Shown: positions 28,564-42,580 of the stretch, one piece after another
How positions within the stretch are numbered: position 1 is the first letter of the stretch
Layout of the letters: the number at the start of each line of letters is the position of its first letter
Assembly (NCBI RefSeq): GCF_006345805.1
Contig: NC_043001.1
Location: forward strand, 94,178,001-94,242,000
From: Octopus sinensis
Taxonomy: Eukaryota
DNA length: 64,000 nt
Direction: 5' to 3'
Program-made: the position numbers and the translations under genes
The notes under the pieces: model-generated
What the model saw: the letters and a program-made list of their open reading frames with translations, nothing else
Told to the model about the DNA's origin: nothing
Database searches by the model: none

Positions 28564-28795
28564 ATTTTGCTACCCACAAGGGGCTAAACACAGGGGTGGG
28601 GGGCAAACAAGGACAGACAAAGGGATTAAGTCGATTATATCTACCCCAGTCTCAACTGGTACTTAATTTTTCGACCCCAAAATGATGAAAGGCAAAGTCG
28701 ACCTCGGCGGAATTTGAACTCGCAACGTAACGACAGACGAAATATGGCTGCGCATTTCGCCCGGCGTGCTAACGTTTCTGCCAGCTCGCCGCCTT
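28564..28795 (-). mobile_element. Full-length SINE family B with 20-bp TSD
   Basis: TSD tcataaacttagtcacatat at 28544 and 28796; reverse complement of the 29828-30060 copy. Confidence 0.92.
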
Positions 28796-29810
28796 TCATA
28801 AACTTAGTCACATATTTCCGTATTATTGAAATATATCTCTTAATATCGACAATTGTATTTAAAAGCTAGATTAACTCCCTCCTACATCACGTATATTGAA
28901 ACAGAAACAATGATTTGTTATAAGAATTGAAACACACCTAAGGGATTTTCGTCTTGTAATTGCACACAGAATCTCACCCTGGTGAATCGAAGCCTTTCAA
29001 CTCTGATGATGTGTAGGATGCTACCGTTTTGGCTATATGTATATATATATATATATGTCTTACGTATATTTGATGTATATTATTGCAATATCTCAAATTT
29101 CATGACCTCTGCCTTTACAACATATGTCATTGACTAAATGATTGAAAAAGACACAGTTATGGCTCTCATCATGTGCTAAGCACTATTATTAATAGAAACA
29201 ACCAAAGCCAATCAAAACCGTCTATATATTACTAAAATAGTAATTTGTAAATTATCTACTGCTGATAGACATAATGGCGTATTTCTTGAAGAGAAAAAAA
29301 TGGTTAACACCTGTTGTATGCTTTATAATTTCAGATATTATTCATAATATTTGCACATCATATATTAGGTATTGAAAAATAATATATCCGTCTGCAATAT
29401 TTCATTGAATTACGATTAAATTAAACATGTCTAATAAATTAAAATAACCAAATTATATATATATATATACAGCCAGTTCGGCTCCTCTTGACACTACACG
29501 TTCAGAAATGCTGGCTCCCTAAGATATTATTTCATTATGTCAAGTTTCATGTCTGGAAACATTCTGTTTAAAATATTCAAGAGATTAATAAATATTACTT
29601 ATTTTTACTGCTTTCCTATAAAAACAAAATTTGATGAAAGATTATTATAATAAATTCAATGGTCATTGAAGTCTTCATCACCAATTAATAATCGAATAGA
29701 ATTATAAAATATAATAATTTTGTCAGTATTTCTCTGCTTCTGTACAGTTAGACTTAAATATTTCCTTGTATTGACTCACAAAACACATTGCTGTACGTAT
29801 ATTCAATAAA

Positions 29811-30060
29811 TTCTAGGCGTATATACAAGGCGGCGAGCTGGCAGAAACGTTAGCACGCCGGGCGAAATGCGTAGCCGTATTTCGTCTGCCGTTACGCTCT
29901 GAGTTCAAATTCCGCCGAGGTCGACTTTGCCTTTCATCCTTTCGGGGTCGAATTATTTAAGCACCAGTTACGCACTGGAGTCGATGTAATCGACTTAATC
30001 CGTTTGTCTGTCCTTGTTTATCCCCTCTGTGTTTAGCCCCTCGTGGGTAGTAAAGAAATA
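29811..30060 (+). mobile_element. Full-length SINE family B with 13-bp TSD
   Basis: TSD tatattcaataaa at 29798 and 30061; head ggcggcgagctggcagaaacgttagc. Confidence 0.9.
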
Positions 30061-30610
30061 TATATTCAATAAACCACATGCATTCAGGAATAATCAGAAT
30101 TACATACACATATACTTATGTTTATATTCATAAAATGTATGTAGGTAAATGAGAAGGGATGTGTGTAGAACGCTTTAGTGTATAATGTAACGCGAAAGTG
30201 AAACTAGCTATTATACTGCAAGCCGTATAAAGCAATTTCAATTCTTTTTATTAAAGACTTTCTCGGTGATTTCAAATGTCTTTCGTTATGTTCACATTAT
30301 CAGCCGCTCAAGTTTCTCAAGAGATATATGTGAAACTCGGTATGAACAGTTAAATATTACCTGGAGTGAAATATATCCACTGACATATATATATATATAA
30401 ATATTTAGCACCAAATATGCTAAACATTGACGCCAAATCGTCATCACCTCGAAGAGTGTGTTCTCAAGAAATATATCCGCTGTTCTACTTTGGTTGATGT
30501 TAGTGTCAGCCACGCTATTTGTTCACTATAGTTTTTTCCCGCCCTCTTTTGTCTGGGTAAATATATTCAGTCGAGTAAAGAAACGTGTTTACAGAGAATC
30601 CTCAACAGAC

Positions 30611-31425
30611 CATAGTCATTGATGATGATGACAAAGTTGAAAGGTAACCCAGGGCGATATGGAAACTCGGACCATGCTTCTTGAGGATGAAGAGAAAGTG
30701 GAAGTTGATGTTCGCATTGTAGAGAGCAATGTGGAAGAGAAGAAAGACGATACTGAAATGAAAGAGGAATAGGATGACAATACATTTAATTTGAGACGTC
30801 CATACCCCTATCTGTAGATAATTCATAAATTAAAGCTGGAGGACATCACGGTTGCTATGTCCGAGTCGTCTGATTACAAGGATGGTTCCTGTTCGACCAT
30901 CTGATATATTAGAAATCTGGTGTTAGGAAAGGGGTCATGCGGATGAAGTTTCCTTCTGAAGAAGCTGCTGAGGTTGTGTTTAACACGCCCATAAAAATCA
31001 ATGGGAAGACCTTCGAATATGAACCTACTATTGAGGGTAACGATGGCAAAGCTAAAGATGGTAAAGGGAACAAGAACGACTATTCCCTCTATGTCAACAA
31101 CATTCCCCAAGGAGTCACAGTGAAGGAGGTGCAGGCGTTGTTCCCGCAAGCCCGGAATGTGGTGATCCCCCATAATGAGGAAGACCAGTATCAGGGATAT
31201 GCGCTTTTGGAGTGCCATTCTTACCAAGAAGCTGAGACTATGCTTGACGAGAGTAAGGAGCTGAAACTTAAGGAAAACGTCTTGACATGTGACCTGATTT
31301 TTCACTCCTCTAAAGAGGGTGATAAAGAATCGAAGAAGCAACAGAACAATCAACAAAATATAAAGGGATGCTTTTCAAGCAGTCAGAATAACTGTAACCA
31401 CCAGAGAACACACTCTTCGTGGTAA
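30611..31425 (+). pseudogene. Intronless pseudogene or retrocopy of an acidic-region + two-RRM RNA-binding protein (nucleolin-like architecture)
   Basis: From 30659: METRTMLLEDEEKVEVDVRIVESNVEEKKDDTEMKEE* with further stops and a frameshift. Then RNP1-like KGVMRMKF, and a second RRM with RNP2 SLYVNNIP and RNP1 QGYALLEC in ORF 30937-31425. Confidence 0.8.
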
Positions 31426-31585
31426 TGGCGATTTGACGGGTATGTTTAGCATATTAGGTGTCCATTTTAGTGGTCATTCCTCTTAATTTTGTATGTAACA
31501 AAACTTTTATTCTTCGAATTCTTTAAATATGCTAAGCCATTGGTATTAATTGATTAATATCAATTTATACCCTTATTATTTAATT
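31404..31585 (+). mobile_element. 3' terminus of the hammerhead-bearing element family of 42581-43197
   Basis: gagaacac…gatttgacg…gtccatttt…ttaattgattaatatcaatttatacccttatt aligns with the reverse complement of ~42585-42768; followed by (TA)n. Confidence 0.8.
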
Positions 31586-31975
31586 ATATATATATATATA
31601 TATATAATTTCTCTTCTGAAAAATGGATCTCGAAGATCCTGAAGTTATACATTGTAGGATGTAATAAATATTGAAAGGAGGGGTGCCTGTGAAATCTGAA
31701 CAGACATCTTCTGTTCACATGGTGGGAATACCTCATGTATGAGAAAATGTTTAAATTAAAGATATTGAATGCAATGCCGAGTATTTTATGGTAAGAAACA
31801 TACCAATAACTGTCGTTTATGGTTTATGGTTTTATCGGTGCTGCACTTCAGTACCAAACAACGCTGGTGAGATTATGAATGTCATTCTGTAGGAACTGTT
31901 TCGTTTGACAAATACACACACACATACAATCGTGCGCATGCTCGCACGCACGCACACAGACACAGACACACACAT

Positions 31976-32009
<34 letters not shown>

Positions 32010-32509
32010 GCATGTATATATGAACGAATATGTATTTATTTACACACTGTCACACACGCGTAGACCCTGACCCCCAACCTCATATATATGCATACATAGA
32101 TATGTATATCTATGCATCTATGTGTGTATATGATGATTATATCACTGATAAATAAAAGCATTTGATGCAGTAGAGTAATGTCAGAGATCATTTCGTATAT
32201 AGACGACGAAGTCCTTTGAATCGAAACAGTCGGCCTCAGCACAAACATTAAATAAATTGAATATCACGTGATATGTCTGCAGTAAGTGAAAGTCATGATT
32301 TTATCATCTCAGACTTATTTTACCTTTCATTATTGTATCAGGTATCTTACCAAGCAACTATCACTGCCTTATGTATGAAACCATTTTACATATTATTGAA
32401 TATTAATTATTTGAATATTACATACTCAACGCATGTTGGATTCCAAGTCTTGCAGCTTAGATGAAAATGACTTATAACACACTTTTCAATTATTCGAAAA
32501 CATGCCAGG

Positions 32510-32715
32510 CAATTATTTCTATGGCGTATGTGTTCCCCAGCTGGACGAGACGCCAGTCCACCGCAGCATTACTCATTTTTGCCAGCTGAGCGGACTGGAA
32601 CAACATGAAATGAAGTGTTTTGCTCAAGAACACAACGCGTCACCCGGTCGAGGAATCGAAACCACAATTTTACGATCATGGCGCTGACACCCTAACCACT
32701 AAGCCACGCGCCTCA
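32510..32715 (-). mobile_element. SINE family C (head 2 + tail T1)
   Basis: Minus strand gaggcgcgtggcttagtggttagg…ggtttcgattcc…ttgagcaaaacactt…gactggcgtctcgtccagctgggg. Confidence 0.85.
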
Positions 32716-33320
32716 ACGGTTATATATTATATATACATTGATTTGTTTTGGTTATATATTAGAAATCTTGGATCTGATTTGAGCTACACTGGTGGTTGGA
32801 CCGTGATTCTGGAGAGCCAGGCTTTTGAGATTAGTGGAATCACGTTGTGATTCTATATATCAGCTCTAATTTGAGCGCGAGTAGTAGCTATGTCAGATCA
32901 CTGTCTCAAGTATGGATAAATAACATGTACCCACATTTTCTTGTGGAGTTTGGAGTCATAGTATGCAGTATGGTGTATGTGAAATATTTCGGAATATCAC
33001 TACTCTGAGTCCGACCAATGGCTATAAGAGTGCAGTATCGCAACTATGGGACCTTATTGAATAAATGGTGAATATCACTAGAGATTGTGTGAAAGAAAAG
33101 ACAACAAACTACCAAGGGCCCGGGATTAACCTGTTCGGTTAGTGAACTATTGCTATAATCTGTAGTCTTGACATACCCAAATGAGATATTTCAGCTAGTG
33201 GTTGACTAATATAATTTAATAGTCATGGCAGTTTGTTTGACTCGGATCGGATCAGAAATATCGAACGCAAAATTTGAAATACTCGTTTTATTGTGGCGTG
33301 CTGTGTATGACATCAACATA

Positions 33321-34273
33321 CAAGGGTTGCACAAAATAATGGAAACACCTTAAAATTTCAAACAAATTTATTTTAATATGGGACAGGACCGTCTTTGACA
33401 CTAATTACAGCTTGAATTCTACGAGGTATGGCCACGCACACAGTTTGAATTGCTTCCAAATGAATGTTGTCCATTCTTCAGCTAAAACAGCCTCCAGTTA
33501 TTGAAGTGATTTCCAACATATAGACACAGATCCTCCTCCATGTTTAACAGTTAGGAAAAGGCAGTCTGGGTCAAATGCTCCTTTTGGCTGTCACCACACT
33601 TATACTCGGCCAGTAGTCGGAAATAAGGTAAAGGATGACTCGTCCGGGAAAATAACGTTCTTCCACTGCTCTAGATACAAATTCTGTAGGTTTTTACGTC
33701 TCTCTAAACGCTCTGCAACGTTTGTTTTTAAAAGTATTGGTTTTCTGATTACTGCCATACCATGAAATCCAGTTGTGTGCAGCTCCCCGCGAACAGTTTT
33801 TGTGTGGAAATTCGGTTCTTAAGGTGGTCATTAAGCTCTACAGTAATTTTGGGGGGTTGTACGTTTTTGAACCTTTCTAACAATTCGCGTAAGTATCCAA
33901 AGGTCTCTATCTGAAAGTTTTGGTTTTCTTCCAGAGTTTTGTTTCGATGAGGAGGTTTTTCCCTCTTTCTGAAAGGCTGTCATTAATTTCGAAACTTTTC
34001 TTCTTGATAATCAAGCATTTTTGCTGTTTTCGTTATGCTAGTGCTTGCTATACGAGCACCAACAATTTGACCTCTTTGAAAGTTCGATAGATCTTTCATT
34101 TTAATAAATTTTAATTACCTTTTTCTGATGATATCATGAAAGTAACGGCAATTTTAGCAAAACATATTAAGCAGTACTAATAATAAATGAAAAAGCATAA
34201 CAATAAACAAGCTTTTGACGGTTGTATAGATATTTCAAAATTATAATACTATGAAGCTTGGTGTTTCCATTAT
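33321..34273 (-). mobile_element. Internally deleted Tc1 copy, same family as 20985-22211
   Basis: TIR caagggttgcacaaaataatggaaacacc after TA; truncated partner ggtgtttccattat. Colinear with the first copy but lacks most of the DDE region. Confidence 0.88.
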
Positions 34274-35519
34274 ATAGTGTGACGTATATTGGTGATTTTC
34301 CCGGTCATTCGAAAATAAAATAAAATGTAAGCAACATAGAATGAATGATAGTGAGGGAGAGACAGAGAGACAGAGAGACAGAGAGAAGAAGGATGAAATT
34401 TTGGTGCTGTGACTATAGTTTAAGTTTATAACAATGAGATTGAAACGAATGTGTAATGTTGGTATATGATGGAGTACAAAAATGGAATTCGTTTCCTATA
34501 ATCTGTCACTTATTTCGGCATATTCCGTTTTAACATGTTATATAATGCATAATCGAGGAGAAAAACCTATTAGACGATCGATGTTTCAAGTCAAATCACT
34601 TGGTGAACCAATCGTTTTATCGAAACGCTTTTGAACCCAGCCTGAATGAATACATTTGATTTTCATTGAGTTATTATAACTGTGTGTAAGAATGTAGTGG
34701 ACGATATTATTCTAGATGTCTTTATTTTATTTTGTTGTACGATTATTATTAATCCCAATACATGAAAGACAACCGACCACCCACACATGAAAGCACACGC
34801 GCACACACACACATATACGTATGTGTGTGTGTGTATTAGAGAGTGTGTGAGTGCGTGTACATGATCTGCTGCCTTCCTTTATCTCTCAATGTGTACCTGT
34901 ATGAATTGCATTTATAGTTAGTTTTTGATAGAAATGAAATCCTCCCAGTAATGGTAAAAACGCACCAAGTTATTCACTGCGGAGAAGAAAATGTGTATGA
35001 ACAGTGATATAAGCGCACTTCTGAACCACATCTAAATACGGTATTTGAATCTAAAACTGCCTTCGTCTATACATTCACCACCGAATTGAGCTCTTTATAC
35101 AAAAGCTCAAAACACGTCTTGATTTTACATTCAATCACTCTTCCATTATGGTGAAACCTTTCAAGTATTTTTATGTTTATTTCTCTATTAATTCATGATT
35201 TTTTCCAGTTCTTCTAGATATTAAAGTTGCTTTCCATAAACATATTTGAAAAAAAAATTATCAGAATATATAACTAAAATGAAAAAAGCTCGATATTAAT
35301 AATAAATAATATAGATATTGGCCATGATGGTGCTGTTAATAGACTTGATAATAATGATGCTGGAAATAATAAAATGCAAGTCACAAAGTAGAGTAGTTGT
35401 CGACAACAACAGCACCAACAATGATAACAAGAATAAAATAAAAAGCTTCCGTAGACGTAACAAAAAGAAGAATATTAATGCTGATAATAATGATGATGAT
35501 GATGAAGATGGTCATAATA

Positions 35520-35560
<41 letters not shown>

Positions 35561-35786
35561 GAAGTAGTGATGACGATGATAATAGTAGAAAAAATTATTT
35601 CCAACATTATCAACATTAAAGTGTAACTATCACAAAATTGGTCAGTAGCGTTAGCTTTCGAAAAATATATATAAAAGAGAGTATATATAGATACATAAAT
35701 GTGTCTTAGTGTGCGTGAGTGCGTACATATATATACATATACATATATGCATATATATATATATGTTTATATGTATATATGTACAT

Positions 35787-35820
<34 letters not shown>

Positions 35821-36000
35821 TTATATGTATATATATATATATATATTATATATATATATATATATGTTTACAACCTCCCCACATATATATAGATGTACAT
35901 ACATATATACATATTTAGTATGTATAAACATATATGTAAGTGTGTGTGTGTGTGTATGTATATAGATATGCATATATATATGTGTGTGTGTATGTGCCTA

Positions 36001-36036
<36 letters not shown>

Positions 36037-36254
36037 ACGTGCGTATGTGTGTGTGTGTGTTTGTGTGTATATATGTATGTATATGAACAATCTTTTAAAA
36101 ACCGTGAAGTTGCTTCAAAGGAGGCGGGAATGTTTTGAAGTATAGAATTGGTTTAAAGCCACATTATAACAGAAGAAAATTCTTTCATTCTGAAAGTAAG
36201 ATATTTTGAGAGAATAACAGATATTGGAACTGTGGATTTATATACAGGCACACT

Positions 36255-36299
<45 letters not shown>

Positions 36300-36586
36300 T
36301 ATAAATACATATATATGTATATATATGCATAACTTTTCAATATACGTTCACATATACAGTATAACGTATATGCAAGAATTAATCAATGTATACACGTACA
36401 CTATACATATATATGTATGAATGTATGCATATAAATTTCTCTCTAGGTATACGTGCACGGAGATATGTCTGTATATATATATATAAAGGAAATTAATTCA
36501 GCCATTTATAATATATTTATAAACACACACACATACACACACACACGCACACACACACACACACCACACACACAACCACACACATA

Positions 36587-36627
<41 letters not shown>

Positions 36628-36628
<1 letters not shown>

Positions 36629-36905
36629 GGCGCTGGAGTGGCCGTGTGTTAAGTAGCTTGCTTACCAACCTCGTGGTTGAGGGTTCAGTCCACTGCATGA
36701 TACCTTGGGCAAGTGTCTTCTACTATAGTCTCGAGTCGACCAAAGCTTTGACGACCGATGCTGGTGTGTTCACATCCCCGTATCTTGGCTGTTCGGCACG
36801 AGAGTTTGATAGATTAAGTATTAGGATTTCAAAGAATAAGTCCTGGGTTCGATTTGATCGACAAAAGACGGTGCTCCAGCATGGCGCAGTCAAATGACTG
36901 ACACA
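36628..36905 (+). mobile_element. SINE family A, internally deleted
   Basis: Head, ccttgggcaagtgtcttctactatag and tail cggtgctccagcatggcgcagtcaaatgactga present; microsatellite region absent. Confidence 0.8.
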
Positions 36906-37944
36906 AATATAGGCAAATATACAAAAATATACACGAATAAGTGCATACGCGCTTAAGCACTTTCACACGCACACACAAAGGTATATAGGTCACGTTAGAA
37001 AGCTTGTGAATGAGATATAAATTGAAGGCGAAAACGGCTGTTGTTTGAGTGTGACTTGTGGGTGAGGAAAGAAGAGAAACAGAAGGAAAAAACGTAAGTA
37101 AAAAGAACGAAGAAAGGAAAATACAGAGGATAAAAATATCGGAGAAGTCCTCGATATAGAGAGCATTAGACGCTGAAGTTAAAAATGAAGAGAGAAGCAT
37201 AGTAGATTTGAGGAATAAATAGAGTGATATATAAAATATATAAATTTTTCATATTTATAGTATGTATAATATAATACACACACACGCACACACACATACA
37301 CACACAGGCATATAAGCAATTATAACAAATACACAGGGCAGAAGTAATGGACATTTATAGAGAAAAAAGAAGTACGTGAAAAGAATGAGTTATAGATGAA
37401 AAGAAAGGATTTTAAAAAAGCGACCTAACGATGATTGTAGTAAAAACCAACACATTTTTTAAATGAAAGGAGGGAGGGAAAGAGACAGAAAGGAAGAGAT
37501 GTGTGTGGGCTAGGTTGAGAGCAAGAACGAGAGTGTTAGCCATAAAGATAAAAAAAAAAAGACTAACAAAAAAGCAGCACAAATTATGTACTGACACAAA
37601 TATGTAAAAACACTTCGGTAAGGTTATGTAAGAGCACTTAGAAATATGCATGAAAATACACGGATATGTTGGTTAATACGTAAGCATGCTCTTTTTTATA
37701 TTGGCTTATTATTTCAGTGGTTAGTAGCAATACTTTGCAGTTATACCATGGTAGCCTCTTCTGGGATTATATTAAATGAGATCAGACCAGAACTTTCTGT
37801 TCATTATATTTTTTTATCGATATTTGTTTGCAGAATCTAGTGCCAAACTTAACACACTAAACCATGCCGTCATAAACGTAACCAAAGATGTCTATAATAA
37901 ACACCTGCACAAACACGCGCGCGCGTACACACACTCATGTGTGT

Positions 37945-38237
37945 GTGTGGACTCGATTCCCAGAACTGGCGTTATGAGTGTTTATTGAGTGAAAAAACCT
38001 AAAACTCCAACAGGCCCCGGCAGGGGTTATTGGCGACATGATGTATTCTTTCAACACAACATCCTCTCACGTTTTCCTCCTGTTTCCGTTGTACCTATAT
38101 TTCAAAGGTACACTCTGTATCACGCTGAATCTCCCCTAGAAATATGTTAAGGGTACACTTGTTTGTGGGGTGCTCAGGCTCTTGCACGTTAACTTCACGA
38201 GCAGGGTGTTCCGTTGATCGTAACCGATGGAAGCCAC

Positions 38238-38240
<3 letters not shown>
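37945..38240 (+). mobile_element. SINE family C, 5'-truncated (head 1 body + tail T2)
   Basis: ctcgattcccagaactggcgtt…aaaacctaaaactcca; 3' half homologous to the reverse complement of 52070-52230. Confidence 0.7.
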
Positions 38241-38290
<50 letters not shown>

Positions 38291-38351
38291 AACATGTATA
38301 AAGGACAAAAGACAGCCAGTCAAGCACAGGTGAACACTCCTGTCATAACCT

Positions 38352-38395
38352 GGGACCTTGAAGACTGCTATAGTGCAAGAAATTATACTAGTCCC
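38352..38395 (+). ncRNA. Variant/degenerate hammerhead-like motif inside a ~300-bp insert (38289-38586) flanked by (TA)n
   Basis: gggac-CTTGAAGA-ctgc tatagt gcaa-GAAA-ttatac-TA-gtccc; stem I perfect. Confidence 0.5.
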
Positions 38396-38609
38396 TTAAT
38401 ATTTTATATTCAATATTTCATCTATTCAATAAGAGAATCTATACTTCATTTCATTTTATTATATATATTATTTATACTATATATTCTATATACTACATTA
38501 ATATCATAAAGACTATAAATAAAAACATAAAAAACCGGCAGAGTTGGAATTTCTTTGAATAATGTATATCCCTCTAAACACAATCATATATATATATATA
38601 CATTTTTAC

Positions 38610-38804
38610 CCTTTTACTTGTTTCAGTCATTTGCGGCCATGCTGGAGCACCACCTTTAGTCAAGCAAATCGACCCCAGGAGTTATTCTTTGTAAGCTTAG
38701 TACTTATTCTATCAGGCTCTTTTGCCGAATCGCTAAGCTACGGGGACGTAAACACACCAGCATCGGTTGCCAATCGATGTTGGGAGGACAACACAGACAT
38801 ACAA

Positions 38805-38842
<38 letters not shown>

Positions 38843-39025
38843 ACGCATATATATATATACATATACATATATACGGGGGCTTCTTTCAGTTTCCGTCTAC
38901 CAAATCCAATCACAAGGCTTTTGTAGGCCCGAGACTATAGTAGAAGACACTTGCCCCAAGTGGGGCTTAACTCGGAACCATGTGGGTGGTAAGCAAGCTA
39001 CTTACCACAGAGCCACTTCTGCGCC
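38610..39025 (-). mobile_element. SINE family A
   Basis: Full-length homology to 18107-18527. Confidence 0.9.
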
Positions 39026-39160
39026 TATCTATATATACATACACACATGTATACATACATACATGCATATATATATATATATATATATACAGGTGTGTAT
39101 TTAAAGGGCTAAAAAACACTGTGGTCAGCCATATGCTAGAAGTAGAACACCTACGATCAA

Positions 39161-39603
39161 ATTACAAAGAAAAGAATGTTCTCTAGAGAAAAATTCAGCG
39201 GTAACCAGAACAATATGCGGGCATGAATCACTTACATAATCTCTCGTCCGCAGGGCTCGTCAGTGCGATCGTTCCACATGTAATATATTTTGTAAAACTA
39301 ACCACCCGTTTTCCGTATAAAACTCAGACATTTGAAATTAACTCCAATATAATCGGTGAAACTAAGCACGTGTCTGTTTTTATACGGAAAACAGGTGGTT
39401 AATTTTATAAATTATATTACTTGTGGAACGATCGCACTGACGAGCCCTACGGACGAGGGATTATGTAAGTGATTCATTCGTTAATAGGCGAGACCGCCGG
39501 TCTGCGTGTAATTCTTCTTTTTATATAATTTTCTTCTGTCTTGCTCGCATATTGTTCTAGTTACCGCTGAATTTTTCTCTAGAGAACATTCTTTTCTTTG
39601 TAG
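39161..39603. mobile_element. Fold-back element containing a hammerhead motif (PLE inverted pseudo-LTR-like)
   Basis: Outer arms 39161-39223 and 39542-39603; inner arms ~39224-39330 and ~39372-39477. The left arm lacks the ~65 bp that hold the 3' half of the ribozyme. Confidence 0.8.
39433..39506 (+). ncRNA. Type I hammerhead ribozyme with one core substitution (GAAA to GAGA)
   Basis: cgca-CTGACGA-gcc…ggc-GAGA-ccgccgg-TC-tgcg; GUC cleavage triplet and near-palindromic stem III. Confidence 0.72.
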
Positions 39604-40254
39604 TTTCGAATGTAAATTTCGAATGGGTTATATCTGTGAAAAAAACCCAGAAAAATGGGTAATACGTGCTACTAAATGGATGTGGATGAAAAGTTGCCAA
39701 CAGGTGGCTACACGAATTTCAACTCTATAGTATATAGTGTGTTCCACTATAGCCTCAAGACGACCAAGTCCTGTGAGTGTATTTGGTAAACGGGATGTGA
39801 AAGAAGGACGTCGCATACACACACACACACACAACATATATATATATATGGGGTAGTGCAATTAGATATATGTGTTTGTTTGTGTCAGTGCTTGCGTCCC
39901 CGTAACTTAGCGGTTCGGCAGAAGAGACTGATACAATAAGCACCAGGTTTAATTTAAGGAATCTGAGACAATTAAGAGAATAAAAGAATACGAGAAGAAC
40001 ATTCCGTGCCACAAAAAACAAGAAGGTTCTTTGAATGCGTACGATGTATTTTAAGGCTTAATAGTAATTCTGTTTATGTTTACGTACCTGAGATATTTGG
40101 GTTGGATTATATAGTTATTGGTTTTACACTTCTTTCTATATTCTGTAACTGTCACAATATAGAAACATTTCTCATGGCACCTGCACACAATTTACAGATG
40201 ATTGCATTATCTACGTTGTCGCTGAATGTTTCATGCTAGTTATTGTTAGTATCA

Positions 40255-40264
40255 CTATTATTGT

Positions 40265-40347
<83 letters not shown>

Positions 40348-40441
40348 TTATTATTAGTGAATGAGAGAGCAGTATATGTCATCAAAGTGACACAGCGATA
40401 AAATTATTATTATTACAATAATAATAATAATAATAATAATA

Positions 40442-40476
<35 letters not shown>

Positions 40477-40481
40477 TAATA

Positions 40482-40516
<35 letters not shown>

Positions 40517-40585
40517 CATTATTGTTATTGTTGTTGTTGTTGCTGTTGTTGTTGTTGCTGCTGCTGCTGCTGTTGTTGTTGTTAG
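40255..40585. repeat. Compound (TAC/AAT/ATT/GTT/GCT)n microsatellites
   Basis: Direct inspection. Confidence 0.95.
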
Positions 40586-41643
40586 TATATTAGCGTGCTT
40601 ATAATTAGTATTAATATTATTATAGTCTTATTATCATTATACTGATCATATTTATCGTTATGAATATTAGTTTCATTTTGAATATAAGCTTAATGTTTCA
40701 TCTGAAATAGATTTTACTACAAATCGTAGCTAGTCGAGAGGTAACATATAATTTGTTACATTTTATGAAATTCAGTGTTGGCACGGAATTCAAACTGTAT
40801 AAATGAATGGAGCCTGTCTACTGGAAATGAGAAAGATTGTGTATTTAAGCATATTTTCGGAGCTGGATCACGTTAGGTTGACTAAATATCATTCATTCCC
40901 ACTTTTGTAAGTATACAACCGACAGAATTAATAGGAAAATATATTAAATAGATACTCCTATGCATATTTTAGGACAAAAACGAAATCAATATTCTCTGTT
41001 ACCAAAAGCTCTGTTACTACAAAAGCCACCCGTTAATACGATTATTAACAATGTATTCTACGCATTTGCAGTTTATGTAGAATATTGGCTGTTTGCCCAG
41101 CTTGCGTAATGTCACCAGCAATGTGGAGAGCATAAAATGCATTCAAAAATGTAGAAATAGCAAGGCAGAAACCATATACCTGCAAATGAACTAAATTTGG
41201 ATATTTCTAAAACTGCACTACTGCTAGGAAGGATGGAATTATAGAGAAACAATTTTTGCCTGCAGTACGGTATACTAGATTAACTATAGTCATGATAGTG
41301 GATAGATTTCGCTCCTGATATTTTTAAAAGATCTTCAGATTCACCCATAGTGTTAGAATAACAAATGCTAAAATTCATCTGCGAGGGAAATCCCCACTGA
41401 CGCGAAACATCGCTACATCGATGTCACCTGATGTTTATACGTCGTGTACCTGCCGGTTACTCAGCTGAAAGACTGCAATGACACGGATATTAGAAGAAAA
41501 GTTTTAAAAAATAAATAACCAACTTAATTACTATTGTTACCGAACATTGAAGAAATAATCCAAACGTTGGCAGTAGCAAGCGAACGGCGACTAATTGACT
41601 GCAATGTACAAAACGTTATCTTACTGACTATATATATATGTAT

Positions 41644-41722
<79 letters not shown>

Positions 41723-41758
41723 TATACACATATATAGACACACATATACATATATATT

Positions 41759-41808
<50 letters not shown>

Positions 41809-42430
41809 TAGAAGAAATGAGGTAATCAGAAGATTGGATGGTTCATATTTACAGATATTTATTTATATATTAATTTTTACATATATATATCATTCAGATC
41901 ATATCATTCAGATCATTAGCGCTTTCTCCCATTCTAGTGAGGGTTTCATATCAAAATAATTCCTTTGTGGGGAACTTTAATCATTTTATAGAGTTAGTTT
42001 CGTAGTGGTGGGGAGGAACAAGACAGCACAAGAGGGTGAATTGGATGAGGAGGAAGTGAGAGAGAGAACATGTGTGTATGTGTATGTGTGTGTGTGTGTG
42101 TGTGCGTTTGTATCTGATGCTAAAGGGAAAGAGGGGAAGGGAGAGGGAAGAAGAAGGATTTCCTTTGGCCTGCTGGACCCCAAGGGAGTTCTAAGAATTT
42201 TAGCTTTGTCCATTTTCGTGTCACTGAGTGTGTGTTGGTGGGTAGGCAGGCCATAAATTACGCCTTTTATGATTTTGAGGATGGTCAAATGCAATTTGGG
42301 GTCTAAGAACTCTTTCTACTTTGTATGATCGTTTTGTGGTGGTGTGTGTGTGTGTCTCTGTGTGTTTGGAGAAGGGGAGAGAGGCACAAAGAGAAAAGGG
42401 ACAATAAAAATAAAAATAAATATGAATATA

Positions 42431-42489
<59 letters not shown>

Positions 42490-42580
42490 GGGAGGAAGGG
42501 GAGAAGAAAAAAAATTGTGTTGATATTTATACCACTACATATATATACACAGACTTATACATGAAATATATATATATAAT

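Noticed and set aside
30874-31356. 160-aa minus-strand ORF
   Set aside because: Antisense shadow of the RRM pseudogene; no recognisable motifs.
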